Shown one piece after another: positions 19,641 through 31,105 of a DNA stretch of 64,000 nucleotides (the first letter of the stretch is position 1; each line of letters starts with the position of its first letter). The stretch is from contig OZ242274.1 of assembly GCA_965207375.1 (NCBI GenBank), positions 64,001 through 128,000 of the forward strand. Direction: 5' to 3'. The notes beneath the pieces are model-generated. The model searched no databases, had not been told where the DNA came from, and was given only the letters and a program-made list of their open reading frames with translations. This DNA comes from Nitrosopumilaceae archaeon (lineage in GTDB: Archaea > Thermoproteota > Nitrososphaeria > Nitrososphaerales > Nitrosopumilaceae). A program made the position numbers and the translations under genes.

Positions 19641-20810
19641 TCATTTTACCGTTACTTTAATACTAGATGAATTCGACAAGGGACTCATAGAAGATATAGA
19701 ATCCCAAACAAATGATTCAATGATATAGGTTCCGCGCTCTTTGGGCAGCCAAGATTGTGATACATCTAAACGTCCATCAGGTTGCAAGGAACCTGAAAGC
19801 CAAGCAAGTTTTACCAATGTATCATTGTCATTTTTAATTTGTATAAGATATACAAAGGATTGTGCAAAGTTTTGATTGTTTTGTATGCTTCCCACAATCT
19901 GAATTTGTTGGTTGGATACTATATTAGAAATATTATTTCCAAAACCATCAGAAAGTCGTATAGGATTAATTGTGGCCCTAGCAGTAGGCGATACATCTGA
20001 AACAAAATCTGTTTGTGCAACAATATCTAATTGATCAAATGTTCCATATGGCGATGGCAGTGTCCTGTCCTCGTATTTGGCAATTATTTGATCCCCTGGT
20101 TTTAAAAATAATCTATTCCCGCTAGAACCATCATGACTAAACAGTACATCTGTTTCAAAGATGCCAGAATCCTTGCGTGTTTCAATGACATCAACTTTCA
20201 AGCCCACAATATCAGTATCTGAAAAGACATCAACTGTAACTGTATCAATACCTTCAGGGTTAAGATTCATGTCTGCATCTACAAGACGGATTGTAACTGT
20301 GTCATTTATGGTACGATTATTTTCAAAAAATTGCAGTGTTGCAACATTCCAAGATATTGGAACAGACTCTGTAACTATGACGCCGTCTGCAAACTCAAAT
20401 GAGATTGTAATGGCCGAATCATGTTTGGTTTCTAAAAACCCGTTTGTAGGTCCGCTGCCAGATGTTTTTGGAACAGTATCAAAATCGCCGTCGCCGTCTG
20501 CATCATGTAAAAATCCAGTCAAGATTACCTCTCCGGTAAAAATTCCATTATTGACATCAGTTTCAGTTAGCCTGTAGGGCTCTAGTGAGAAATCACGAGT
20601 AGAGATTTTGATATGATGACCAGAATCTGCACCTATATCATCAATCAAGTATCTGTCTGCATTCCAGCTAGGAGCCAAAACGGTAATTTTGACCTTGTCA
20701 GTCCAGCTGTAAATTGACTTGTCTGTAATAATTGGAGAATATGGATTATAGTAATCTGGGATCGGTTCAGCATATACAAAAGGTATTAGAAAAAGCAACA
20801 GCCAAAACAA
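19641..20810 (-). CDS. Secreted S-layer-like beta-rich protein
   Basis: Signal peptide; repeated ETxxxxGIF motif; DADMNLNP..D; Ig-like C-terminus. Confidence 0.75.
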   Translation of the reverse strand: MFWLLLFLIPFVYAEPIPDYYNPYSPIITDKSIYSWTDKVKITVLAPSWNADRYLIDDIGADSGHHIKISTRDFSLEPYRLTETDVNNGIFTGEVILTGFLHDADGDGDFDTVPKTSGSGPTNGFLETKHDSAITISFEFADGVIVTESVPISWNVATLQFFENNRTINDTVTIRLVDADMNLNPEGIDTVTVDVFSDTDIVGLKVDVIETRKDSGIFETDVLFSHDGSSGNRLFLKPGDQIIAKYEDRTLPSPYGTFDQLDIVAQTDFVSDVSPTARATINPIRLSDGFGNNISNIVSNQQIQIVGSIQNNQNFAQSFVYLIQIKNDNDTLVKLAWLSGSLQPDGRLDVSQSWLPKERGTYIIESFVWDSISSMSPLSNSSSIKVTVK

Positions 20811-20853
20811 TTCTACATACTGTATGGCATCATCATTAATCTAGTTTGTCAGA

Positions 20854-23800
20854 TTATTGTTTCTTTTTAGATACCTGCATGTACAGGTCTACTGTTCCGC
20901 TTCCGATTGGAATATTGCTGCCGACAATGACGTTTTCGGTAATGCCTTTGAGCTGTTCAATTTCGCCGCCTAGTGCCGCATGCGCTATTGTTGGAACCGT
21001 GATTTCAAAGGCGGCCCTTGCAAGAACGCTGTCCTTGGTACCTGCAATGCCGTGTCTGCCTATTTGCTGCATGTATCCACGGGAGCACATCAAATCCGAT
21101 ACTAGCATAATATACCTCAAATCGACCTCAAGACCCTGATCCTCTAGCGTATTGCTTAACTCGTTGATCAATGCATTGCGTGCTGCCTCTATTCCAAGGG
21201 TGCCTGCAATTTCAAACACATTGTTTGTTCTAACCTGTGTCCTGTCAATTCCCTGTACCTCCAAGACCTTTGGAAGGTTCGAACCCGTTGTCTGAATCAC
21301 CCACTGTTCATCCTTTTGAACAAGGGTTACACGTTCAACGTCAGGTACGCCCTTTACAGTTGTGTTTAGAACCTTGTTTCTAATTGTAATTACTGTAGGA
21401 GCATCAGATTCCTCAACGAGTTTTAGTACTATGACGTTTCTCAATGTTTCTGCCTTGAATTTCTTGTTTGAGAGCAATGCTGCCTCTACATCCTCAACTG
21501 TGCAGCCCCTCTCGCCAAGTCTTTTCTCACTCAGATTAAGTTTGATTTCTGTTGCATAATCTGTGTCGGTGCCTGTAACTAACGCACTTACCTTGGTCTG
21601 TAGCACATTTCGTGCAATCTCGATTGCCTTTTCGCGCGAGGTTTTGGATTCGGCATCAAGATAAATGTCCATGGTTGGAGTTACCGGTTTCTTTCTTGCA
21701 TCTACTAGTTCAATCAATCTTGGCAGGCCAAGTGTCACGTTTCGCTCCCTAATACCTGCAAAGTGAAATGTTCTCAAAGTCATCTGTGTACCTGGTTCGC
21801 CAATTGATTGTGCGGTAATGATTCCCACTGCCTGACCTGGTTCTACCTTGGCCTTGTCGTACAGTGCAAGACCCTTTTTCCCAACCTTTTCAACTCCTGC
21901 CTTGCTTAGCTGTGAGTTGGTCAGGGCATCAGTTACGATCTGCTGTAGTCGAGGATTAAACGTTTTTGTGTATTTTTTGGCAATGGTTGTAATCTCACCC
22001 TTGGATGCCTTGGCACCAGAATCAATAATTTTCTCAGATTCAATCAATCTTTCTGCATTAAAGGCCTCACCATGGTCGCTTTTTGCAACATCAATGCCGT
22101 CCTCTCCGTACAAGAACTGGACGATATGTCCGTGAGGATCCCTTACTGTTCCGTCATACTCTAGTCTGATGTGTTCAAGTGCATTAATCAGTCTGCGCTG
22201 CATGTAACCGCTTTGTTGCGTCCTGACTGCAGTATCTACTAGTCCTTCCCTACCACCCATTGCATGAAAGAAAAATTCCAAGGCGGTAAGTCCCTCCCTG
22301 TAATTTGTCTTGACAAAGCCGTGCGCATCAGGGTCATCGTCATGTTCCTTGTAATGTGGCAATGCCCTATTGTTATAACCGGTAAGAAGTCGCTGTCCAC
22401 GTCTTGACTGCTGGCCCAAGGCGCCTGCCATCTGGCCAATGTTTAGTGCAGAGCCCCTTGCCCCCGTGGTGGCCATGATTCTTGCAGAGTTTGTCTCATC
22501 TAGGGCCTGATCTGCTGCATTTCCTGCCTTGTCTCTTGCCTTGGAGAGCTCATTTACAATATAGGCCTCTAGTGCCTCCTCAGATGAAAGACCTCGGGTC
22601 AGCTTTAGTGTACCTTTTTTTGCCTGTGAAACCAGATCATCTACTGTATCATAACTTTTCTGAATGTCACTTAGGATTCCCTGTTTAGTTTTATCGCTTA
22701 GTTCTAGATCACCATATCCGTAACTGAATCCATAATGAGTTATGAACTGTTTTGCCACAATCAGGACAGAATTTAGAAACGTCTTTGCCTTTGCATTGCC
22801 GTAATCCTTGGCAATTCTGTGAAGTACGCTTTCTGGTTCTTCGGCACCTATTGAAGATTTGTCAATTACGCCGCTCATTAGCTGTCCGTTTTTAATTACG
22901 ACATCCTTTGGTTTTCCGGAGGTGCCCTTGGACCACTTTGAGGTGATTATATAATTGAAATCCTCTGGCAAAAATATCGAGAACAGTTGTTTGCCTGTGT
23001 ACATTGAGCCCTTTGCATCAGGTTCTGGCAATTTGCCTGTATAGCCCCCAAGCATTGCCAGATTGGAAAACTCTTGAACGGTCAGCCGTGTATCATCTTT
23101 GGTTAGCAAATAAGAGCCGGTAATAAAGTCACGAAGGCCGCCTATGATTGGTCCTCCGTATCTTGGAGAGATCAGCTGATCCTGAACTCTCATCAGCAAA
23201 ATTGCCTCTGCACGTGCCTCCTCGCTTTGAGGAACGTGTAGATTCATCTCGTCACCATCAAAGTCTGCATTGTACGGTGGACAGACTGATGGATGTAGTC
23301 TGAATGTCTTGCCTGGCAATACCCTGACATAATGTGCCATAATGGACATTTGATGTAGTGATGGCTGTCTGTTAAACATTACAATATCGCCGTTTGCAAG
23401 ATGGCGTTCAATAAGATATCCTATTTCCAAGGTTTCTGCAATAGTTGATCTGTCCTCTACAAAGTCTAGCCTAATTTTGACACCATCGGGTCTCATGATA
23501 TAATTGACTCCAGGAAACTGGCTCGGCCCGTTAATTACAAGTTTTTTCATTCTTTCAATGTTCCATTCTGTAACAATTTCTGGAATTGTAAGCTTCATTG
23601 CAACAGTTTCAGGAACACCTACCTCTGACAGATCCAAGTTTGGATCAGGTGAAATTACTGTCCTGCTAGAAAAGTCAACTCTTTTGCCCGAAAGCGAGCC
23701 TCGGAATCTTCCCTCCTTTCCCTTCAGTCTCTGTGTCAGGGTTTTAAGCGGTCTTCCGGATCTGTGGTGTGCCTGTGGAATCCCTGACACCTCGTTGTCA

Positions 23801-24639
23801 AAGTAGGTGGTAGTATGATACTGTAATAGATCAACTAGATCTTGGACAATAAGCGGCGGGGTGCCTGCCTCCTTGCTTTCCTTGAGTCTCTGATTTACAC
23901 GAATTATATCCACCATCTTGTGGGTCAGATCGTCCTCTGAACGAATACCGGTTTCCAAAATTATGGATGGTCTTACAGTTACAGGTGGAACAGGAAGTGC
24001 CTGAAGTATAAACCATTCAGGTCTTGCCGTGTTAAAGTCATATGAAAGCAAAACTAGGTCTTCGTCAAGAATCTGTGAAAAGCGCTCCCTGATTGTAATT
24101 GGCAACAGGCGGTGTTCACCTATTTCGGTCTTTTCTACAAAGATGGTAGGCTTTGTAAAGATTAGCTCGTATTGTGTCTTTCCACAGTGTGGACATTCCT
24201 TTGCCTTTTTTGCCTTTTCAAGAATCTGTTCTGGAATCCGCTTTTGTGAAATTATAGTATATGCTGCCTCGCGTTTTTTGATTTTTGCAAACTCGCTTAA
24301 ATCCTCCTGTGGAACCTTTAATCTAGAGCAGGATCTGCATGTTGCCAAAAGCAGTTTGTAGATGTTGTCAATAAATGCAATGTGCAGTACAGGTTCTGCC
24401 AGCTCAATGTGTCCAAAGTGGCCAGGACATCTTGCCGCAGTGTTTCCACACGTAAGACATTTTTGTCCAGGTTCTAGTGTTCCAAGACGTCCGTCCATCA
24501 AGCCTCCCTGTACGGACATTCCATCCTCATCATATGTTTCTGGGGCAGTTATTTCGGCAACAGAATACTTTCTGATTTCGCTTGGAGACCAGACAGAAAA
24601 CCGTATGCCGTCAATTGATTTTATTGCCTGAATTGACAT
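20854..24639 (-). CDS. rpoA: DNA-directed RNA polymerase largest subunit, unsplit A'/A'' (Rpo1)
   Basis: NADFDGD catalytic motif and the A'' motif AQSIGEPGTQMTLRTFH in one 1261-aa ORF. Confidence 0.98.
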   Translation of the reverse strand: MSIQAIKSIDGIRFSVWSPSEIRKYSVAEITAPETYDEDGMSVQGGLMDGRLGTLEPGQKCLTCGNTAARCPGHFGHIELAEPVLHIAFIDNIYKLLLATCRSCSRLKVPQEDLSEFAKIKKREAAYTIISQKRIPEQILEKAKKAKECPHCGKTQYELIFTKPTIFVEKTEIGEHRLLPITIRERFSQILDEDLVLLSYDFNTARPEWFILQALPVPPVTVRPSIILETGIRSEDDLTHKMVDIIRVNQRLKESKEAGTPPLIVQDLVDLLQYHTTTYFDNEVSGIPQAHHRSGRPLKTLTQRLKGKEGRFRGSLSGKRVDFSSRTVISPDPNLDLSEVGVPETVAMKLTIPEIVTEWNIERMKKLVINGPSQFPGVNYIMRPDGVKIRLDFVEDRSTIAETLEIGYLIERHLANGDIVMFNRQPSLHQMSIMAHYVRVLPGKTFRLHPSVCPPYNADFDGDEMNLHVPQSEEARAEAILLMRVQDQLISPRYGGPIIGGLRDFITGSYLLTKDDTRLTVQEFSNLAMLGGYTGKLPEPDAKGSMYTGKQLFSIFLPEDFNYIITSKWSKGTSGKPKDVVIKNGQLMSGVIDKSSIGAEEPESVLHRIAKDYGNAKAKTFLNSVLIVAKQFITHYGFSYGYGDLELSDKTKQGILSDIQKSYDTVDDLVSQAKKGTLKLTRGLSSEEALEAYIVNELSKARDKAGNAADQALDETNSARIMATTGARGSALNIGQMAGALGQQSRRGQRLLTGYNNRALPHYKEHDDDPDAHGFVKTNYREGLTALEFFFHAMGGREGLVDTAVRTQQSGYMQRRLINALEHIRLEYDGTVRDPHGHIVQFLYGEDGIDVAKSDHGEAFNAERLIESEKIIDSGAKASKGEITTIAKKYTKTFNPRLQQIVTDALTNSQLSKAGVEKVGKKGLALYDKAKVEPGQAVGIITAQSIGEPGTQMTLRTFHFAGIRERNVTLGLPRLIELVDARKKPVTPTMDIYLDAESKTSREKAIEIARNVLQTKVSALVTGTDTDYATEIKLNLSEKRLGERGCTVEDVEAALLSNKKFKAETLRNVIVLKLVEESDAPTVITIRNKVLNTTVKGVPDVERVTLVQKDEQWVIQTTGSNLPKVLEVQGIDRTQVRTNNVFEIAGTLGIEAARNALINELSNTLEDQGLEVDLRYIMLVSDLMCSRGYMQQIGRHGIAGTKDSVLARAAFEITVPTIAHAALGGEIEQLKGITENVIVGSNIPIGSGTVDLYMQVSKKKQ

Positions 24640-24640
24640 T

Positions 24641-27600
24641 TCATATCTTCTCCTTTATCAGCAATCTGGGTGCAACATTGAGGCTTTGCATTTCCTGTAG
24701 TAACAGCTTGAATGCATATGCAACAGAAACAGATGAAACCTTGGCCTTGTCACCACATACCCGACAGACATATTTTCTTTGTTTAACATCATGATACGCC
24801 ACAAGTCCGCATCTTTCACAGACAAATACATCTGACTTGTCAGACTCGTCTAACAGTCTGTCTTTGAGAATCATTGATGCACCATATGCAATAAGGCAGT
24901 CCCGCTCCATTTCACCAAATCTTAATCCTCCACCGCGTGCCCTGCCCTCTGTGGGCTGTTTGGTCAGCATTTGTACCTGTCCGCGTGCCCTAGCATGGAT
25001 TTTATCGGCAACCATGTGATGTAATTTTTGATAGTATACAACACCGATAAAGACCTCAACTGGAAATGATTTTCCAGTTCGTCCGTCATACATTATTTCC
25101 TTGCCAGAATACTCAAAGCCGTGTGCGTTCATGACCTGCTTGACCTCGTCCATTTTTTCACCTACAAAGGCTGAGCCGTCAAATTTTTTGCCGCGCAGTG
25201 CAGCTGCCTTTCCACATACGGATTCCATAAACATTCCCACAGTCATTCGGGATGGAAACGCGTGTGGGTTAATCAAAACATCTGGAGAGATTCCATCTTC
25301 AGTATATGGAAGATCTTCGTTTTTTGCCAAGATACCCAAGACACCCTTTTGTCCGTGTCTTGATGCAAACTTGTCGCCAATTTCGGGAATTCTTACATCC
25401 CTGACTCTGATCTTGTACATTTTTCCACCCTCGTTGGACTGTGTCATGACTACTGTATCAACAACGCCCGTTTCTGAGGGTCTCACACCAATTGAGGTGT
25501 CGCGTCTGTACGGACCAGATGATTCAAACTCGCGATACTCTTCCATGAATCTTGGAGGACTAGTTTTTCCAATCAGAATGTCGCCGCCCAAAACCGAGGA
25601 TTCGGTTGCAATAACTCCATCCTCCTCTAGTAATCGGTATGCCTTTTCCCCCTTGTAACCACGAATATTATCATCGGCGTTGGGAATTTCGAAACTGTCT
25701 CGCATGCCACCGGGATACTGCTTTGCCTCTGCATCATATATCCTATAGAAAAATGTCCTGCCAAGTCCACGGTCTACTGATGCCTTGCTAAGTACGATTG
25801 CATCCTCAATGTTGTAACCATCAAACGGCAATACGGCAACTACACAGTTCTGACCTGCAGGCCTATCTTCTAGTCCAAGCAGATTCATTGCCTTTGTGTT
25901 GACAATCGGGGTTTGTGGATACAGCATGAAATGCTGTCGGACATATGTGCTGGTATTCATCATCGGAGTTGAAAATCCTAGACTTTGTTTTGCCATGGCA
26001 GACTCGTATGTATTTCTTGGAGACTGGTTGTGTTCAGGATACGGAATGATTGATGCACCTGCGCCAAGTATTGCAGGCGGAAAGATTTCTAGGTGTGTAT
26101 GTTTTTTGGTGTCTTTTTCATCAAGTGTGACATAACAGTTTTCCTCCTCATTTGCATCAATAAGCTCAATTACTCCCATTCTAAGCAGGTCATTCCAGGA
26201 AAGCAGTTTCTTGGAAATTTTTTCCAACAGTTCGGCTGTCAGTAGAGACTTGCCGTCTGTAATAATAATGAGTGGGCGTAAAACTCTACCGGCATTGCAG
26301 TTGATGTAAATTCGTTTTGTCGTACCCTCCTGTTCTGACTTGTGAAACGAGACACCCACATGTGGGTGAATTTTTGAGTTTCTTCGAAGCTCACGCAGTG
26401 AATCTGCAAGTTGTTCTCCAACCTTATAGTATCCGATAAACTTGCCGTCAACAAAAACTCGCGTACCATCACTTTTGATATCCTCCTTTGCCTCTGAGAA
26501 ATGAACTGCTCCCAAGTCATACAGTTTTTCAACGATTTCCTCAGACGGCACATTTACCGAAATAATTGCAGACAGAGCCAGATTTTTGACTAGACCACAG
26601 TTTGAGCCCTCCGGAGTCTCACTTGGACAAATTCTGCCAAAGTGAGTTGCATGTAAATCTCTTGCCTCAAAGTTTGGCTGTGTTCTGCTAAGCGGGGACT
26701 GGATTCTTCTCAAATGACTGATGGTTGACAGATAGTTGGTTCTATCCAACAGTTGGGTAACTCCTACCCTGCCTCTGCCCCAGTTTCCTGTAGCAATGGC
26801 ATTGTTTAGCTTGTCTGTAATAATGCCTGGCCTTATGGCTGCAGCTACTGCATTTATTCCACGTTTTTGACCTGAACGCTCCAGTTGGTACTTCATATCA
26901 CGTACAAGGTTTCTAAAGGCAGTTCTGAAAAGATCTGCCAACATCTGCCCTGCAAATTTAATGACCTTGTTGCCGTAATGATCCTTGTCATCAGGCGTAA
27001 TCCAGCCAAGTTTTAGTTCCAATAATTTGCATGCAGCTTCTCCTAGAAACTGTGCCTTTTCTTTTCTGTTTTCAGGATGTTTTCCAAGGTGTGGTAACAG
27101 ACCCCAATCCAAAAGCGTTTCTGCCCGTTTGATCTGAAATTCCTCCAACATTCCTGGTGCAATTCTCTTGCTGATGTACACTATGGCATCCTTTGAGGTT
27201 GGCACATCACCTGCCTTTTCAAAAGAGCCTTCCAATTCATCTTGGATTTGTTCCACAAGAGATACAGCAGCTGCTATTTCCCTGTCAGATTCTAGACCGA
27301 GTGCACGCATAAGTGTTACAACCGGAATATCCACAGGAGATCCAGGAATTCTTGCAACAATTAATCCGTCATTTTTCATAACAAGTTCTAGTTTTGCACG
27401 ATAGCCAACAATTGACGAGTACACCTTTGCTTTGAAAACAATGTTTCCGCCGACAGTCTCTCTGTCAACAATAATTTTGTTGTAGGAAAGATCCTCCAAC
27501 CCGACAACCACTCTTTCGGATCCATTGATGATAAAGTAACCGCCGGGATCATTTGGATCCTCTCCATGTTCAACCAGTTTTTGGTTGGTGAAATTATTCA

Positions 27601-27988
27601 AGATGCACGCATTTGATTTTGCCATTACCGGTACATCTCCAATGTGAACAAATCTAGATTCTAGTGTTTTTCCGTCTTCAACTACACTTGCATCCATCAT
27701 GACGGGGGCAGAATAAGAAACGTTTCGAAGTCTAGCCTCTGCAGGAGTGACGTGTGTAATTGAACCGTCAAGCTCCATCATTCTTGGCTTTTGAAGTTTG
27801 ATTTTTCCAAGTTGAATTTTGTATGGATATTCTGCGTTTTCGATTTCAATCTGTGCAACCTCATCAATGATACTTTGCAGTCCACGTTCTAGAAATTCGT
27901 CAAATGAATTAAGGTGCTGTCTTGCAATGCCCTCACGTTTGAGAATATCCTGAATGATTGGCCAGCGTTTGATTGAAGGATCTGTCAT
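24641..27988 (-). CDS. rpoB: DNA-directed RNA polymerase subunit B (Rpo2)
   Basis: GDKFASRHGQKG and GGLRFGEMERD. Confidence 0.98.
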   Translation of the reverse strand: MTDPSIKRWPIIQDILKREGIARQHLNSFDEFLERGLQSIIDEVAQIEIENAEYPYKIQLGKIKLQKPRMMELDGSITHVTPAEARLRNVSYSAPVMMDASVVEDGKTLESRFVHIGDVPVMAKSNACILNNFTNQKLVEHGEDPNDPGGYFIINGSERVVVGLEDLSYNKIIVDRETVGGNIVFKAKVYSSIVGYRAKLELVMKNDGLIVARIPGSPVDIPVVTLMRALGLESDREIAAAVSLVEQIQDELEGSFEKAGDVPTSKDAIVYISKRIAPGMLEEFQIKRAETLLDWGLLPHLGKHPENRKEKAQFLGEAACKLLELKLGWITPDDKDHYGNKVIKFAGQMLADLFRTAFRNLVRDMKYQLERSGQKRGINAVAAAIRPGIITDKLNNAIATGNWGRGRVGVTQLLDRTNYLSTISHLRRIQSPLSRTQPNFEARDLHATHFGRICPSETPEGSNCGLVKNLALSAIISVNVPSEEIVEKLYDLGAVHFSEAKEDIKSDGTRVFVDGKFIGYYKVGEQLADSLRELRRNSKIHPHVGVSFHKSEQEGTTKRIYINCNAGRVLRPLIIITDGKSLLTAELLEKISKKLLSWNDLLRMGVIELIDANEEENCYVTLDEKDTKKHTHLEIFPPAILGAGASIIPYPEHNQSPRNTYESAMAKQSLGFSTPMMNTSTYVRQHFMLYPQTPIVNTKAMNLLGLEDRPAGQNCVVAVLPFDGYNIEDAIVLSKASVDRGLGRTFFYRIYDAEAKQYPGGMRDSFEIPNADDNIRGYKGEKAYRLLEEDGVIATESSVLGGDILIGKTSPPRFMEEYREFESSGPYRRDTSIGVRPSETGVVDTVVMTQSNEGGKMYKIRVRDVRIPEIGDKFASRHGQKGVLGILAKNEDLPYTEDGISPDVLINPHAFPSRMTVGMFMESVCGKAAALRGKKFDGSAFVGEKMDEVKQVMNAHGFEYSGKEIMYDGRTGKSFPVEVFIGVVYYQKLHHMVADKIHARARGQVQMLTKQPTEGRARGGGLRFGEMERDCLIAYGASMILKDRLLDESDKSDVFVCERCGLVAYHDVKQRKYVCRVCGDKAKVSSVSVAYAFKLLLQEMQSLNVAPRLLIKEKI

Positions 27989-28240
27989 CTAGACTTCCAC
28001 CACGTATCTGTAATAATCAGAGGTCCCAGCAGTTGCACTCTTTCTAGTAATCTTTATCATGTCACCCGGCTTTACACCAAGTCCCAAAATTGCAGGATCA
28101 TTTGCAAAAATTAACGGTAGTTCTGTGGGCTGACAGTTGAATTTCTTGAGAACATCAGCAGCTGCCTCCTTTGGCATAATTTCATGTTTTGGAACATAAA
28201 CGTGATCGGGTACCAAAATGGGGTTTTTCTTAGTTACCAT
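27989..28240 (-). CDS. rpoH: DNA-directed RNA polymerase subunit H (Rpo5)
   Basis: HVYVPKHE, LP.I...DP, RKSATAG...YRYV. Confidence 0.96.
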   Translation of the reverse strand: MVTKKNPILVPDHVYVPKHEIMPKEAAADVLKKFNCQPTELPLIFANDPAILGLGVKPGDMIKITRKSATAGTSDYYRYVVEV

Positions 28241-28398
28241 AAAGGCCTACCTCTCAAAATAACATTAGATGTAGAGAAAAATAATACTGACAAACTGTCA
28301 ACGATTCTCCGAGAGGTTAATATATATCTAATCTGGAAAATTTTATTTTTTTTTGCTATTTGTCAATTAAAATTTTCTTAACCTTAAATAGTATTATT

Positions 28399-29271
28399 AT
28401 GAGCGTAAATTCGATGAATACTCATCTATCGGTGTTATTTTTATCTGCAATACTAATTGCAAGCGTAGGATTAACACCATCTTATGCACAAGTCGCCGAG
28501 CCAATCATGGTTACCACCGACAAAGAGTCTTACTCTGATGGAGAAACCATAATGGTTTCTGGCGAAGTACGAGATATGTTGTCAGGTATTCCTGTCACTT
28601 TGAGAGTACTAGCTCCAAATGGCAACCTAGTTGCCGTGGAACAACTAACCATTGGATCTGATAAAAAATACAGTGTGGACCTTGTCGCAGGCGGTACTTC
28701 ATGGAGAGCTGCAGGTGAATACACCATAAGTGTAGTATACGGATCTCAAACCAGAGTGGCAGATACGACATTTGACTTTGGCGGGTCTACAGGCATAATA
28801 CCAAAAGACGATACAAGTCCGATATCTAGTTCTGATACGTTTAGTCTAGAGGTTGAGGGATTAGATCCTGTCAGCATAGGCTATTTGATAACAGGTGGTA
28901 GCGTCAACGGTATGACCGTAAGCGATGAATCAGCATCATTGATCGTTTCAATAGATGCAACAGATGACGGCGAACTGACCCTGACACTGCCAAGAGCTGT
29001 GATCGATGCCAAAATGAATGGTTGTGAAGGTGATGACGACGTTTTCTATATACTAGTGGACTTGGAAGAAGTAGACTTTGAGCAAACAAAGACTGACATG
29101 GATAGAACAGTAACTATTCCATTCTTTGCAGGAGCCGAGGAGATCGAAATAGTAGGTACTTGTGCAATTCCAGAATTTGGCACTATTGCAGCTTTGATTC
29201 TAGCAGTGGCAATTGTATCAATAATTGCAGTATCTGCAAGATCCAGACTCAGCATAATGCCAAAATACTAG
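28399..29271 (+). CDS. PEFG-CTERM sorting-domain surface protein 1
   Basis: Signal peptide; C-terminal IPEFG + TM helix + basic tail. Start approximate. Confidence 0.92.
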   Translation: MSVNSMNTHLSVLFLSAILIASVGLTPSYAQVAEPIMVTTDKESYSDGETIMVSGEVRDMLSGIPVTLRVLAPNGNLVAVEQLTIGSDKKYSVDLVAGGTSWRAAGEYTISVVYGSQTRVADTTFDFGGSTGIIPKDDTSPISSSDTFSLEVEGLDPVSIGYLITGGSVNGMTVSDESASLIVSIDATDDGELTLTLPRAVIDAKMNGCEGDDDVFYILVDLEEVDFEQTKTDMDRTVTIPFFAGAEEIEIVGTCAIPEFGTIAALILAVAIVSIIAVSARSRLSIMPKY

Positions 29272-29334
29272 ACTTTTCAACCTTTTTTCTTATTTTTCAA
29301 ATATATAAATAATAATGAATATTTGTACAAGTAG

Positions 29335-30180
29335 ATGGTTTTACAAAAAAAGACATCAATTTCACTGATGCTTGTAGCAGTTTCAGTAATCGTAATGAGT
29401 TCTATGGGAGCATCATATGCTCAACAAACCGGAATGTCAATTACAGCAACTGCACAAGATGGTTCCAATACCATAAAAGTGACTGTCAATACAGTATCCA
29501 AAGCAAACGATGTCACCATACTAGTAGAATCACCAACCAAAAATGTGATCGAGGTCGCACAGTATAGTCCGGGCGAATCTGGAATGATTGAAGAAATGAT
29601 CAGAACTGATGGCATATTCTGGAACCAGGATGGTTTCTACACCATTACAGCACAACAGGGTGATGCTTCATTAAACAAACTATCAGTCAGGGTGCAAGTA
29701 GTTGGTGGCACAACCTTTGAAACTATGGTTACCCAATCAACATTTGAAAACACCATGATAGGAGGCAGCAACAATGTGGTCTCAATGGACGGACTTGAAA
29801 TAACAGCCGATGCGATGGAAGGTTCTGACACAATCACAATAATTGGCAAGACAGACAGAATGCAATTCCCAATTACATTGGAGGTTATTGCACCAAATGG
29901 AAACATCATCTCCGTTGATCAAGTCTCACCAACTACAGATGGCACCTTTTTAGTTGACATTATGGTAGGAGGCTCACTTTGGAGTCAAGATGGTGACTAT
30001 ACAATCACAGCTCAACAGGGAGAAAATCCAAATTACAAAGATTCAGTGCAGGTTGAAATACTAGATGGACTGGTAGTTCCAGAATTTGGTACTATTGCAG
30101 CTTTGATTCTAGCAGTGGCAATTGTATCAATAATTGCAGTATCTGCAAGATCCAGACTCAGTATAATGCCAAAATACTAG
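29335..30180 (+). CDS. PEFG-CTERM sorting-domain surface protein 2
   Basis: Two tandem Ig-like repeats (ITA.A..GS.TI...W.QDG.YTITAQQG); VPEFG tail. Confidence 0.92.
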   Translation: MVLQKKTSISLMLVAVSVIVMSSMGASYAQQTGMSITATAQDGSNTIKVTVNTVSKANDVTILVESPTKNVIEVAQYSPGESGMIEEMIRTDGIFWNQDGFYTITAQQGDASLNKLSVRVQVVGGTTFETMVTQSTFENTMIGGSNNVVSMDGLEITADAMEGSDTITIIGKTDRMQFPITLEVIAPNGNIISVDQVSPTTDGTFLVDIMVGGSLWSQDGDYTITAQQGENPNYKDSVQVEILDGLVVPEFGTIAALILAVAIVSIIAVSARSRLSIMPKY

Positions 30181-30238
30181 ACTTTTTTTCTTTTTTTAAT
30201 ATATACATAAATAGAGATATTGAATACTCGCAAACAAG

Positions 30239-31105
30239 ATGAACATCCGTACGTCGTACATGCTAGCAGCAGTTCTATCCGTAGTAGGGGCATTTGCATT
30301 ATCTCCAGCTTTTGCATTAGAACAATCATGTCCAGACTGTATTGAATCCGATTCAGCAATAGCTACAAAGGCGTTGTTAAATGATATACCGGTTTCAGTA
30401 TGGACAGATGCAGAAGTTTACAGTCATGATGCTACCATCATGGTAGATGGAATGGTGGCAAATGTGAGACATATGATTCCAGTAACTATTACTGTGATCA
30501 GTCCAACAAACAACGTTGTCACAATCGACCAAGTTGACCCAAACAGTGATGGCACATATTCTACCACACTAAATACTGCAGGAGCACTGTGGAAATATGA
30601 CGGCACATATACAATCAGAGTCCAATACGGTTCTCAGGATATTAACAACAAAGTCTTAGTTGAATTAACTGGCGGAGTTCCAACAAATATCCAACCAATG
30701 ACACCACCAATGGATTGCACAGGTAATGAATTATCTATAGATGATCATTGCATACCCTTTAGCATCACAGGCGGTTCAGTAACAGGTGGACAGATCAATG
30801 CAGGTACATCAATTGTTGTCAGAATCAGCTCAACAGAGTCAGGCATGATAACACTTAGTCCGGCACCAAGTGTGTTCCGAGGTTTGGAATTAACATTTGT
30901 TGATGGCGAACAATGGGACGATGTAAAAGTTGATGGAAATGACATTACAATATACTTCCCGGCAGGAGCCGAGGAGGTTGAGATCGTAGGCAAGTTCGTA
31001 GTTCCAGAATTTGGTACTATAGCAGCTTTGATTCTAGCAGTAGCAATTGTATCAATAATTGCAGTATCTGCAAGATCCAGACTCAGTATAATGCCAAAAT
31101 ACTAG
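30239..31105 (+). CDS. PEFG-CTERM sorting-domain surface protein 3
   Basis: Signal peptide, CPDC motif, VPEFG tail. Confidence 0.92.
   Translation: MNIRTSYMLAAVLSVVGAFALSPAFALEQSCPDCIESDSAIATKALLNDIPVSVWTDAEVYSHDATIMVDGMVANVRHMIPVTITVISPTNNVVTIDQVDPNSDGTYSTTLNTAGALWKYDGTYTIRVQYGSQDINNKVLVELTGGVPTNIQPMTPPMDCTGNELSIDDHCIPFSITGGSVTGGQINAGTSIVVRISSTESGMITLSPAPSVFRGLELTFVDGEQWDDVKVDGNDITIYFPAGAEEVEIVGKFVVPEFGTIAALILAVAIVSIIAVSARSRLSIMPKY

Noticed and set aside
20854-24639. Unsplit RpoA (A'+A'' in one ORF)
   Set aside because: Known feature of Thaumarchaeota; useful for taxonomy but not novel.
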